Below are positions 12,631 to 25,157 of a DNA stretch of 64,000 nucleotides, one piece after another; the stretch's first letter is position 1; each line of letters opens with the position of its first letter. The stretch covers positions 250,336-314,335 of the forward strand of contig NW_003314276.1 in NCBI RefSeq assembly GCF_000143415.4, given 5' to 3'. A program made the position numbers and the translations under genes. Under the pieces are notes generated by a model. That model saw only the letters and a program-made list of their open reading frames with translations, made no database searches and was not told the DNA's origin. This DNA is from Selaginella moellendorffii. Taxonomy: Eukaryota > Plantae > Lycopodiophyta.

Positions 12631-15600
12631 TGTCGCGCATGTGACTTCGGGTATCGAAAGTTACCTGTCGGCTAGTCCTTACGGACACTCTTACCTTACT
12701 GCCACGATGGCAGGAGGTCGGTATTGCTGGACCCGTTATCAGTTTCCACCTAAGCTAGTTGAGAAACTGGTCATCACATGTGCACTTAGACCGGAAGGGC
12801 ACTAAGGAAGGAAATCCTAAGTTGTCATTTAGTCAAGCAGACTTGACACGGTGATGAGAAACTCATGATGTTGGCTTGCACTTGCTAGTGTTAGGAACCC
12901 CCGCGATATTGAGATTGGTCCCTCAATATTCGCTAGATGATAGCTTACCGTGTCTGCCAAACACCCTCGCTATCATGCCCTTTGTGTTAGTCTCATTTCG
13001 GTCCCAAATACTATTTATGGAAAGTGTCTAGATTTGCTCATTTGGCATATCTACGGAATGTAGAGATCGGCCTGAACACAATGGTGTTCGTCCCGTGTCC
13101 AAATTCACAATCTAAGGACATTCCATATTTAGTAAGTTTCGAGTTTGTCCCAGAGACTAACTCCTGATACTAAGGGAGGCTTGGGGTGAAAGCCCAAAGC
13201 GTGTGTTCCTCAAGGGGGGGGGGCTATGGGGGGTTCCAAATGTATAGTAGGGATAGTGGGTAGGTCGGGCATGGCCGACCAACCTGAGGCATAGTCTAGC
13301 TCCCGCTTGCGTGCCTGTCCTTGTTCTGCGTCCGGCTTGGGTCTAAGCCCAAGTTCCATTCCATGCTAGTTGGTGGAGTACCCATATCCTCACGTTAGGC
13401 CACCGGTATGCCGAAATAGCGCCAGACTCCGTTTGGCTCCGTTTTGCGTGCTGGTCCTGGCATTGGTATGCTGGTTGCTCCAGGACTGTTCCAAGTCACT
13501 CCGGGCTCCTGTCCCTTCGCTCCTTGGGCTATATGCTCGGGAGTTGCTCCGTGGTCCGGTTTCATCACTCCTTGGCGTCACGCTTGGGAGTTTGGCACCG
13601 TTCCTTCGTTCAGTGGCCCAAGGCCCTGAACCTCGGGTTCCTATGGACACGTGGCACGGACACGTGGTATGTGACACATGGCATCTGTCACGTGGCACAA
13701 AGAGGGTTTAGGTTCCGCTTCGTGGTGTTATCCTATGGTAAATCACCATAGGATAAAGGGTCAAAACCACGTGCGCTACACCCCACCATCAGCTCTACGA
13801 GCTTGCCTTTATGACACTTCTTATTTGTGTCTAGGTCTTTGCCAAGACTAATACAATTGTGTCTCATGCCAACTATCTGTTAGCACTGCACTATATAGTT
13901 TACACACAAGTTTGTGTCAAAGTTGCTTTCTTCTAGGAACCTCTTTCCTATAACTTCAGTATGGCATATTCTGCCATCAATGAGATACCCACTATTCTCA
14001 AACTTGGATCTTATGATCCTCTCCATCCTTCGTGGGGTACAACACACCTCAGTCCAAATGCTTCCACTAGTCCTTTAGGACCATTTCTTGACTCCACTCG
14101 AGTTATCTAGCTTTTTGGACTTCACTAATCCGACGACCTATAAGGTCCCATTTTTTAAGTGCTAGCTCGTTATAATACAACTTCTTGTATTCATATCCTA
14201 CCTATAAAGACCATTTTTGCAAGTGTTACTTCAACACTTGATTATTCTTTGTTCTATGTGGGTTACTTTTGCCCCTTAGGACTATTTGTCCATATGATGA
14301 GAATACCAACTCATCCTCTAAATACACCCCCAATCCCTTGGGTTGTTCTAGCATTTATCAAGGGTAGCCTCGGCTACCATTTCAAGGACTTGTATCCTCT
14401 TCTGTATTTGACTTTCCATGGTTATTAATTTTGGTCTCAAATTCATGAGCACCAACCTCAACTATATGAGGATAATCTTCCTTTATAGTTTTGGAGTCTT
14501 TATTTTTCCCATGATCCCAACTATAGTTGTTTACCACAACTACATTAGCTAATTTGCTGAGTCAAATGTTCATCTAGATCACATCCTCAACTCTTTAAGG
14601 AAAACCTTATATTATTCCCAAGATCCCGAAGTCGTTCCATTATTAGCCCTTTTCTATCCACTACTTCACCTACAAGTTCACACATGAACTATAGTGGAGA
14701 GCCATGTCTTCCCGACTTGCTATTCCTCAAGGATAGGCCCACTCTTAGGACCTTCCAATGCCAACACCAATGGTGATATACTTGAGCACCAATAAAAGTC
14801 GGACTAAGGAATAACTCCGATATCAAATTGTAAGTGACTAATTTTGTCATCCTACTTTAGCCACTTAACCACACCTTTGATCACTTGGAGGAGTCTCACT
14901 TACAACCTCCATAGGTCTTATTCCAAACTTGGGGCTTGCTATCCCCGAAAATGGCATCCCTACCACTTAACCTTTGCACTTGGTTTAAGTGCTCTATATG
15001 TTCGGTCCCAAGACCAACACCCCAAGGTACCACCGACATACCAGTCCATTACACTAAGGTGATACCCATTCACCTTGGTCACATTGGTCCAACACCACTT
15101 GTATTGTAGTCCCGTCTCTCAACGACTGGGCCATCCGTCCAGAAGTGACCATCCAAGATCCACTCCTTAGCATCCTTAAGATGCCCGAAAACAAGGGGAA
15201 CCACCTTCCCCAATATCCCTTTTACAGTCCCCACCAAGTCCCTTATCTATCCATGGCCGAATTTGCCTACACGACCACTGGGACAAGGATTGTGGTCTTA
15301 CGCAAGCCTCGTGGGTACTCTCCCCACTTTCCACCTTTGGGTGCTCTAGCCATAGGCTTAGAGCCAGGTTCTATTGAGCCACGCCAGGTATCCAAGTAGG
15401 TAGTGCCACCCACACTTGGACTGGGAGCATCGATCATTCGATCTCCCGGGGGAACTAGAGTTGGCTCTTGGACACTTAACCAAGCTACCCCGCTTGATAG
15501 TCTGTATTCACTCTAGCCTTTGATCTCCCAATGGTTATCCCATCACCCAACACCTAGATACAGCCTTCCTGGGCCAAACTGGCCTTTCCTGGCCAAATTG

Positions 15601-18109
15601 GCTCCACTGGAGTCCTCCCCCTACTAAACTTTTGGAGCTCACCAAACCCCCTAGGGTTTGAGAGAAGAACGCTTTGGGCTTTCACCCTCTAACTTGGACT
15701 CAAACTCAGACTCGGGCTTGAGCTCGGTCTTGGCCTCGGCCTCGGTCTCGGTCTCAGTCTTGGTCCCGGTCTCGGTCCTGGTTCTGGTCTCGGTCTCGGT
15801 CTTGACCTCAGACTCCATGTGGGGTCCTTCTTGGACTCCATCTCAATCCATCTCGGGTCCATTTCAGACTCCATCTCAGGTCCATCTCAGACTCCACCAT
15901 GTGTCATGTATTGATCCTCTTGTGTCCCTTTTCTAAAGACTCTCTTATTGCTCACTTCATGCTCATTCCTTGAGCACTTCGTTGGGAGTCCCACTCTTGC
16001 TCTCAAACTTTCAAGTCAAAGCTTTTACTCCAAACGTGTTACGCTCGTTGGGTTTTTGCTTCGGCCACTACCACATGACACCCTTTTGGCTCCACTTTGG
16101 GGCTTAGGGATTTGTGTCTTACACCAAGTAGGTAGTTCCACCCACACTTGGATTAGGAGCATCAACCATTCGATCTCCTGGGGAAGCTAGGGCTGGCTCT
16201 TGAACACTTTATTAAGTTACCGCACTTGTCCATCTATGTTCACTCTAGCCTTGGTTCACAGTGGCCTTTTCTAGCCAAATTGGCTCCACTAGAGTCCTCC
16301 CCCTACTATACTTTTGGAACTCACTAAATCCCCTAGGTTCTGGGAGATGATCGCTTTGGGCTTTCACCCTCAGACTCAAACTCAGACTCAATCTCAGTCT
16401 TGGTCTTGGTCTACGTCTTTATCTCGGTCTTGGTCTAGGACTTAGTCCTTGTCTCAATCTCGGACTCAGTCTCGGTTTCAGACTTGGTCTCGATCTCAAT
16501 CTTGGTCTCGATCTCGGTCTAAGTCTCAACCTTGGCCTCAATCTAGGACTTAGTCTCAGTCTTACTCTTGGTCTCCACCTTGGCCTTAGACCTGACCTCG
16601 GTCACCCTCTCAAACTTGACCTCAGACTCCATCTCAGGTCCATCTTGGGTCCATCTTGGACTCCATCTCGGGTCCATCTTAGACTCCATCTCAAGTCCAT
16701 CTCAAACTCCATCTCGGTCCATATTAAACTCCATCTCGAACTCTATCTCAAGTCCATAATTGACTCCATCTTAGGTCTATATTGGATTCCTTCTCGGACT
16801 CCTTTTTTGACTCATTCCTGACACTTTCATATGTCATAACATACATCATGTATTAGTCTTTCTTGTGTCCTTTTTTAGAGACTCATTCACTAATTGCTTT
16901 GTAATCATTCCTTGAGCATTTTGTTTGGAGTTCCACTCCCACTCTCGACTTTCCAAGTCGAAGATTTTAGTCCAAACATATTATGCTTGTTGGCCTTCCA
17001 TTTTGACCACTATTATGTGGCACCTTTTTGGCTCCACTTTGGGGTTTAGGGATTTATGTCTCACACAATATTGCTGGAAAATCCTTCTTGACCTTTTGTT
17101 GCACATCCATTTAGGTCAAACCTTTGATGAAACATTGCACCTTAAGTACCTCATTGTAGGTGTCTATGAGACTAAGGCAAAAATCATAGAACTTGCAAGC
17201 ATATATATCTAAAGACAAAGTCCCTTGCCAGATCTCTAATAGCTAGTTCACGAGATTAATCTCTTCAAACTTCTTGACAAATGAAGCATGGAAAACCTTC
17301 ATTAAATCACTCCAAGAAGTAGCTTTGATGTAGTTCTTCGCTCATGAAGAAGCATAACCTGTAAGCTTCGTCATAAAAAAAATTCAATCTTCACCTTATC
17401 CTCATAAGGATTGTAAGACTAACAACTTTCCCACATTTCCAACCAAGAATCAACCTTCTGGTTATCACAAAAATCTGATGATGACTTCCATTCCACAATA
17501 CCAATTTGACTTTTATTGGTAGTCAAATATATCACCACTTATATTGGCATCAAAAGGTCTTAGAAGTGGGCCTATCTTTTAGGAGTAGTATGTTGACAAG
17601 GCATGACTTTTTACTTTAATTCATACCTAAACATATAGGCAATGTGGTGGTTAATAAGGGAATGACTTTGGGATCTTAGAAATAGTAAAAGGTTTTTCTC
17701 AAAGATCCATATTAGTGATCTAATTTAGTGTTTAACTTTAAAAACTGACTAATGTGGTTGCAGTAGACAACTACAATTAGGATCACGAGAATGATAGAAA
17801 CTCCTAGACGATAAAGGAGTCATAAAATTATCCTCATATAATTGAGGATGGTGTTCATGAATTTAAAACTAGAGTCAATGACTTTAGGAGGTAAAAAATT
17901 GTCGTGAATGTGATTTTGATTATGGAAAATTACCTATCAGCTAGTCCTTTCCGATATTCTTTCCTTACTACCACAATGGTAAGAGGTCAGTATTACTAGT
18001 TCCCTTTATCAGCCCCTCTTGTTCAAGTGTTAGTTTACTGGGCTTAGCATCTGTACTTAGCCAGATGAACATAAGGTAAGAACTCTTATGTGTTTCTAGT
18101 TGAGCATTC

Positions 18110-19893
18110 TATGAAACACAAATCCCTAAGCCCCAAAGTGGAGCCGAAAGGGTGCCATGTGTATGTAAACTCTTGAGTTTGGACTTCCCTGGAGGTCACC
18201 CAGCCCAGTACTATTCAAACCCAAGGACGCTTAACCCCAAATATCCTAAGACCCTTAACCATTTGGAAAACGGGGTGCACTCTTATTCATGGGCCCTTTC
18301 CCTCTATATTTGAACCCCATGGACCGTCTCTCAAATCGTTCTCTTTGGTTACTTACAATCCACCACGCTTCCCTGCATGTTCACGCCCTCATGAACGGAA
18401 GTTGAGAGCCGCAGCTCTCCTGAGAGCCCCACTCTCTTGACACCCTACCCCTCGGGTCGAGCCCAGCGGGAGCAAACTGGACCAGCCAGATGTCAATCAA
18501 CATGTGGTGCGATTCCCTTAGCCAACTAACAGAGTCAGACCCAAGACCGCTCTGATACCAAATGTAAACTCCTAAGTTTGGACTTCCCGGGAGGTCACCC
18601 AGCCCAATACTATTCAAACCCAAGGATGCTTAACCCCAAGTATCTCAAGACCCTTAACTAATTGGAAAAAGGGGTGCACTCTTATTCATGGGCCCTTTCC
18701 CTCTATATTTGAACCCCATGGATCATCTCTCGAGTTGTCCCCTTTGGTTGCTTACAGTGTAGTGGCCGAAGTGAAAGCCAAATGAGCGTAACACATTTTG
18801 ACTAAAAGCTCTGACTTGAAAGGTCGAGAGCGGGAGTGGAACTCCCAACAGAGTGCTCAAGGAACAAGCATGGAGCGAGCCGTAAGAGAGTCTCTAGAAA
18901 AGGGACACGAGATGGACCCGAGATGGAATCCGAGATGGACCAAGATGGAGTCCGAGATGGACCGAAATGGACCCAAGATGGACTGAGATAGAGTCCGAGA
19001 TGGAGTCCAAGATGGACCCAAGATAGAGTCCGAGATGGACCCGAGATGGAGTCCGAGATGTAGTCCGAGATGGACCCGAGATGGAGTCCGAAATGGACGC
19101 GAGATGGACTGAGATGGAGTCCAAGAATGACCCCACATGGAGTCTGAGGTCGAGACCGAGACCGGAACCGGGATCTGGATCGGGACCGGGACCAAGACTG
19201 AGAGCGAGACCGAGATCGAGACCGAGACTGAGACCGAGACCGAGGCCGAGGCCAAGACCGAGCCCAAGCCCAAGTCTGAGTTTGAGTCCAAGTTAGAGGG
19301 TGAAAGCCCAAAACGTTCTTCTCCCAAACCCTAGGGGGTTTGGTGAACTCCAAAAGTTTAATAGGGGGAGGACTCTAGTGGAGCCAGTTTGGCCAGGAAT
19401 GGCTAGTTTGGCCCAGGAAGGCTGTATCTAGATGTTGGGTGATAGGATAACCACTAGGAGGTCCAAGGCTAGAGTAAATATAGACTGACAAGTAGGGTAG
19501 CTTGGTGAAGTGTTCAAGAGCTGACTCTAGTTCTCCCAGAAGATCGAATAGCCAATGCTCTCAGTCCAAGTGTGGGTGGCACTACCTACTTGGATACCTG
19601 GCATGGCTCAAGGGAACCTTGATCTAAGCCTACGGCTAGAGCACTAAAAGGCAGAAGGTGGGGAGAGTATCCATGAGGCTCGCATAGGGCCACGGTGTTC
19701 CAAAATGTTGTCCCAAAGTCCCAAACTATGGAAAGGAAAAGAGGCAATCCTCTGGTGTAGTGACCATCACTACAATCACATGGTGTGGAAGTCCTAAAGG
19801 ATAGTGGGAATTAGTGGTCGGGCCTGTGAGCTTTGACCTAGTGGCAATGTTCGTGAATACAACCATGGATAGAAAGGGACTTGGTGGGGACTG
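18110..19893 (+). mobile_element. 3'-truncated family-C LTR interrupted by a Cassandra element
   Basis: Collinear with 4374-~5600, including the microsatellite and the GGTGAAAGCCCAAA module. Confidence 0.8.
18164..18756 (-). mobile_element. Cassandra TRIM (593 bp) with 5S-rRNA-derived segments in both LTRs
   Basis: 194-bp LTRs (18164-18357, 18563-18756). PBS is the rc of GCTCTGATACCA. Perfect TSD GTGTA. 5S-like segments at 18181-18236 and 18580-18635. Confidence 0.93.
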
Positions 19894-20349
19894 TCACTTC
19901 AGCCTAGTGATGCTTATCTGATCTTCTGCCAACACAGCTCAGTTGCTTTCTACTTGCTAATAGCAGCTTCAAAACCAAACAGGCATGTGCATCTAGCTTA
20001 GTTACTCTCTACTTGCTAGTGGCAGCCTTGTAACATGAAAAAATCATGACTTTGCAACACATTGCATATGCCAACACAAAATCTCCAAACATACTTACTT
20101 ACTTTGGGACATTGATAAAAACATCTTTGTTTGTTCAAATAAAAGAACCTATATCCACAGAACATATGTGAGGATACTCCAATCTAAGCCAGACTCAAGA
20201 TGGTTGTAAGTAATAAAACACTCTCTACTTTAAAGCACACTCCAAGAAATGCTATTAAACTCAAATATCTTGATAGGTGAGCCTTTGTTTTGTTGCTTCC
20301 CACTTTATTCTCCAGCTCTATTCTTGAGATCTTAGAATCTCTTGAAGCA

Positions 20350-20706
20350 TGTGTTGCACCCAAGACTTGGGATTTAGAGGGTCCCATGATCAAGTCTTGT
20401 GGTACCAAGGGATGTTAGGAACCTGGAGGCTTGGTGTGCTTGGCTGCTTGTGCCTGCGGGGAGTGTAGCCGAACCTTAAGTTCAATCTCACTCGAGGAGG
20501 GGGATTGGGAGTGATTTGGGAATCCATGGCTGGATGGCTAACACTCCATTGTTCGTGCAATGAGTAGCTGAAACTAAGTAGGACTAAGTAGGAGCTGGTA
20601 CCATAGGTAGGAACCTTGGCGAGGGAACTTAACTAATGCCAAGGTAGTGTTGGTCGAATAGACGAGGTAAGTTGGCAAATTAGAAAGGAAAAATTTATGG
20701 CTTATA
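20350..20706 (+). mobile_element. 3' fragment of family-B LTR
   Basis: Matches ~26095-26449 (GACTTGGGATTTAGAGGGTCCCATGATCAAG...GGCTTATA). Confidence 0.75.
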
Positions 20707-22097
20707 AGCAGCCACAAATCATCCCATCCCCTCTAAACACACTTCATCATTCTCTCTTGTACTCCTGTGCAATGCAATAATGCATTGGGCCTTCTAGCTC
20801 AACCAATTGGTCCTTTTGACCAATAGGTGAGTTGGGTAGCTATGGTTTTGCTTAACCCCCTTCTTTTGTGTGATTTACCTATGTGGTAGATTTGGGATAT
20901 TCCATGGATGACAATTTGGCATACCTAATTGATACAACCATATGTCAAGCCAGTGCAAGACAAAGCAAAAGAGAACTAAGATCTAGACCGAGAATGTGTA
21001 AGCGACTTGGGGGAATGTCTCAAGTCGACATTTTACTTTAGTCACTTAACCACACATCTGACCACTTGGAGGAGTCTCACTCACAACCTCTATAAGTCCT
21101 ATTCTAGACTTGGGGCTGACTAGCCCCAAGAATGGCATCCCTGCCACTCAACCTTTGCACTTGGTCCAAATGTTCCACATGTCTGATCCCATGACTGACA
21201 CCCAAAGGTAAAACTGACATATTAGCCCGTTACGGTAAGGCCATGTCCTTTCACCTTTGCCACACTAGTGGTCCAACACCACTTGCACCATAGTCCCATC
21301 TCTCACAAACTGGGCTATCCATCCATGAGTGGTTATCCCAAATCCACTCCTTAGTATCCTTAGGATGCCCACAGTCATGGGGAATAGCCTTCCCTAACAA
21401 GAACCCAATGGTGTTTGTCCTATGTCTAAATTTGCAATCTAGTGACATTCCATATTTAGTAAGTTTCAAATTTGTCTCAGAGACTAACTCCTGGTATTAA
21501 GTGCGGCTTGGGGTGAAAGCCCAAAGCATGTGATCCTCAAGCGGGGTGGCTGTGGGGGGTGTGAGGGTTCCAAATGTATAGTAGGGATAGTGGGTAGGTT
21601 GGGCATGGTCAACCAACTTGAGACATAGTCTAGCTCCCACTTGCATGCTTGTCCTTGTTTTGTGTCCAGCTTGGGTCTAACCCAAAGTTCCATTCCATGC
21701 TAGCTAATGGAGTACCCATCTCCTTGTGTTAGGCCACTAGTATGCCGAAATAACACCAAACTCCCTTTGGCTCCGTTTTGCATGTTGGTCCTGGCATTAG
21801 GATGTTGGTTGCTCTAGAACTAATCCAAGTTGCTCCGTGCTCCTGTCCCTTTGCTCCTTGGGCTGTATGCTCGGGGGTTGTTCCATGCTCCAGTGTTATT
21901 TCTCTTTGGCTCCATGCTTGGGAGTTTGGCACCATTCCTTCATTTAGTGGCCCAAGGCCCTGAAACTTAGGTTCCACACCATTGTCTTTTGGACATGTGG
22001 CATATGACACATGGCACATTAAGGGTTTAGGTTCCGCTTCGTGGTTATCCTATGGTAAAACACCATAGAATAAAGGGTGAAAACCACGTGTGCTGCA

Positions 22098-25000
22098 CAT
22101 GAATGAGGACATATGTCCTTGAAATGATAGCTAGGAGAACAACCAAAGAAGTTCTGGGGGGGTATTTAAAGGATAAATTGGTGTTCTCATCATATGGAAG
22201 TATAGTTCTAAAGAGAAATAATAACCCACGTAGAACAAAGGAAAATCAAGTGTTGGAGTAACACTTGCAAAGATGGTCCTTATAAATAAGATATGAATAC
22301 AAAAGATTGTATTCAAGTGTGGTAGCAAAAAGTAGCCAAGAGGCTAAAACTTTACAACACTTCGGAATAATAAAGTCCAAAAGCTAGATGGCTTAATAGA
22401 GTCAAAGGATGATCCCAAAGGCTTGGAGGAATCTTGTTTGGATAGAGGTGTGTTATACCTGGTGAAAGACTAAGAAAATCATGACTTCCAAATATGAAAA
22501 TAGTAGATATCTCATTGATGGTGAAAAGTGCCATATTAAAGTCGTGAAAATGTGTTCACGGAAGTAAACAACTTTGGCAAAGAGTTGTGTATAAGAATTA
22601 TAAAGCAGTATTAACCAATAGTGGGCATAAGAAATGACTGTTTTGGTTGTGGTAGATACAAGTGGAAAGTGTCATGAGGGAAGGCTCATGGAGCTGATGT
22701 GGTAACTGTCTCAAGGGTTTATGCCTTTAAGGTCAAGTTGGTTGGTTTATAAGAACCCTTTGTCAAAGGAGACCCCAATGGAAATGGGGTTGGCATATCT
22801 TGGATATGGTTGGATTCATGTGCTTATATTAAATATTGATGGAGGTGTAGAAACACCACCAATGAGTTGTAGGATAGGATAACTATAAAGCAAAAGTCTA
22901 TAATAATTTGTTAGAACTAACTTCCTAAGACATCTTAGTTGGATAAAGAGGTTAAATACATCCCTTAAGGGATGTTGTGTGTATATTACAATATAATGGG
23001 TCAATATCAATAAGATATGCTCATCACGGAAATATATAAGCACCTTAAAAACACCAAAGAGGTGGTGTTTAGGTATTATTGAGGCATTAGATAAATCTCT
23101 ATAGAATAATAAATAAAAAGTGTTATTCAATATCCAAGGTTGACAAAAGCTAAAGATAGGGTAAACTTAACTATCCAAAGTGGATAAAACCAAAAAGGAT
23201 TTTGTCATAGATAGCAATGAATATAAAGATGTCTATGAGTAGTGATGTTAATCCTGGTGTATGAGATTAGAAGATGAGCATATCCAGATTGAAGAATCAC
23301 TCATAAGTCATTAAGTAGATTCATCCCTAAGAATGTTTACTAAGACATGGTAGAAATTGCAAAGCTACCTTCCTAGTCTGAAGGAGAATAATTGAAGGGA
23401 ATATGTAAAGATAAAACCAAGTATTAAAGGGATAGAACTAAACTATAAGAATCAAAAGGCATAGCAAAAAGTGGTTATATAAGTTGGGAGTGCAAAATCA
23501 AATGGGTGCTCGAAAATGTTACTACTAATAACTATAGTGTCATGGTGAGTATAAAGTATGAAATTACCCATGGCAATTAAGAACCTTGCAAAAAGAGAAG
23601 CTTTAGCAAGCTAAAAGATAGAGTCCCTTCAATGTTGGCAAAAACAAATCTATGTAAGTTAGTACCTAGAAAGAAAAATTTAAATGGTTCATAAGAATGC
23701 ATAATATTAAAGTGGCATACCAGAAACACAGCCTTGAAGCTTGTCATGATACAAGACTATCAAGATTAAAGAAATAGTTCCCAAGTGTTAAAAAATATGA
23801 CTTTGAACACCTCCTAAACTTAGCAAAGTATAGCCTAACCAAAAGATATCTCAAAGATAAAGGTAGTGATCCTATGTTGCTTGGTGTTGCAATCAAAGGA
23901 TATGGACCTTGGAAGATGCTAAAAGGAATCCAAAATGTAAATTAGACAAGTAACCACTGGGTGGTGGATGCTAATGGATTGTGGGAAAATAAATATGTTT
24001 TTAAGGATAGGATTTCCAAGTGCTCTAATTTGGTGAAGGTGAAAGTTTTAGCCAAATGATAGGTTATAGATAGCCTTAACACAAATTATAGATAAATGGA
24101 ACTTAGTGCTTAGGGTGGCACAAAATAAAAGAGAGGATGATAGTGCTCTCAAGTAAAGAATTTCTTAGGATGAAGAAGTGGAGTATGCACAATATATGCC
24201 GAAAACACCTAAGAAATTAACTCAAGAAGTTAATATTAAAGTTCCAAATAGATAGTTATGTTGATAGAGGCCAATACTACTCTAGAATGACTAGTAGAAT
24301 TGAAATAGAGAAGGTATCCCTAATAAGTTTAGCAAAAACTAAACAAATAAAGGGAAAAGACCATCACATGTGATCTAATGTGACTCTAAGTTAGAAAGAT
24401 TATGCTCCTTAGAGGATGGGAGGGCATGGTGAGCCTTTAATGTTGAACTATTGACAAATATTAGTTTAGTACTAAGGATGAAAATAGCATGAGGTTTATG
24501 TTGGGCTGTGGTGTTTTGAAATGTCGTCTTAAAGTCCTAGACTATGGAAAAGAAGAGGAGCAACCCTTTTGTATAATGACCAAGGATACATTTGTATAAC
24601 AAGGAAGTCCTAAAGGTCAATAAAACTTAGTAGTCAAGCCTTCAAGCCCTGACGCATGACAATGTTGGCAAGCACAACTGTGAATAACAAGGGATTTGGT
24701 GGGGACTGAAGAAGGGATATTAGGGAAAGGTGTTCCCCATGGCATCCTAAGGATGCTAAAGTGTGGTCATGGGATGACCACTCATGGGCAGATGGCCTAG
24801 TTTTTAGGAGACATGACTGTGGTATGGGTGGTCTTGGACTACTAATGAGACAAAGATGACTGAATATAGTCTTAGCATAACAGGCTAATATGTCAATAGT
24901 ACCTTTGGGTGTTTATCATGGGATCAGACATTTGGATTAGGCATATGAAGCACTTAGATCAAGTGCAAAGGTTATATAGTATATAGGCCATTTACAGGGT

Positions 25001-25114
25001 TAGCAAGTCCCTAATTCAGGAATAGGACTTATAGAGGTGGTGAGTGAGATCCCTCTAAGTGGTCAAAAGTATGGCTAAGTGACTAAAGTACAATGGAAAA
25101 TTTAGTCATTTACA
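22098..25114 (+). mobile_element. Degenerate family-C internal region plus partial LTR
   Basis: Reverse-complement similarity to the interior of 772-16123 (e.g. 22110-22150 vs ~14340-14390). Ends TTAGTCATTTACA at 25114. Confidence 0.65.
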
Positions 25115-25157
25115 ATAGTAAAGAGTATTGAATTCTTGACTTGCCCAAACTCTACAA

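Larger units (their letters stand above)
6490..13780 (+). mobile_element. Young non-autonomous (LARD-like) family-A LTR retroelement, 7291 bp
   Basis: 1150-bp LTRs at 6490-7639 and 12631-13780 (TG...CA), with one difference noticed (6594 A vs 12735 G). Perfect TSD CCCCA. PBS TGGTATCAGAG at 7642-7652, PPT AAGGGGGGGAGAG at 12618-12630. No ORF over ~100 aa in the 5-kb interior. Confidence 0.95.
772..16123 (-). mobile_element. Degenerate full-length family-C LTR retroelement (3' LTR 772-2427, 5' LTR 14829-16123) with two nested insertions
   Basis: Both LTRs run TG...CA. Minus-strand PPT (rc of ACTCCACCACCC, 2428-2439) and decayed Met-tRNA PBS (rc of CTCCGATATCA, ~14815-14825). TSD CCAAA (767-771) / CCAAG (16124-16128). 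No long internal ORF. Confidence 0.8.
93..17065 (-). mobile_element. Old family-C solo LTR (93-771 plus 16124-17065), split by the insertion at 772-16123
   Basis: Begins TGTAAGTGACTAA at 93 and ends GTCTCACA at 17065. Sequence left of 772 (GGTAACCAAA) continues after 16123 as CCAAGTAGGTAG..., as in the intact copy near 1465-1500. Flanks TAATG/CAATA fit a decayed CAATG 5-bp TSD. Confidence 0.75.
17900..22097 (+). mobile_element. Older family-A-related LTR in two pieces (~17900-18109 and ~21400-22097), separated by other LTR fragments
   Basis: TGTCGTGAATGTGATTTTG... matches the LTR start at 6490. 21400-22097 matches ~6935-7639, ending CACGTGTGCTGCA. TSD not clear. Confidence 0.65.
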
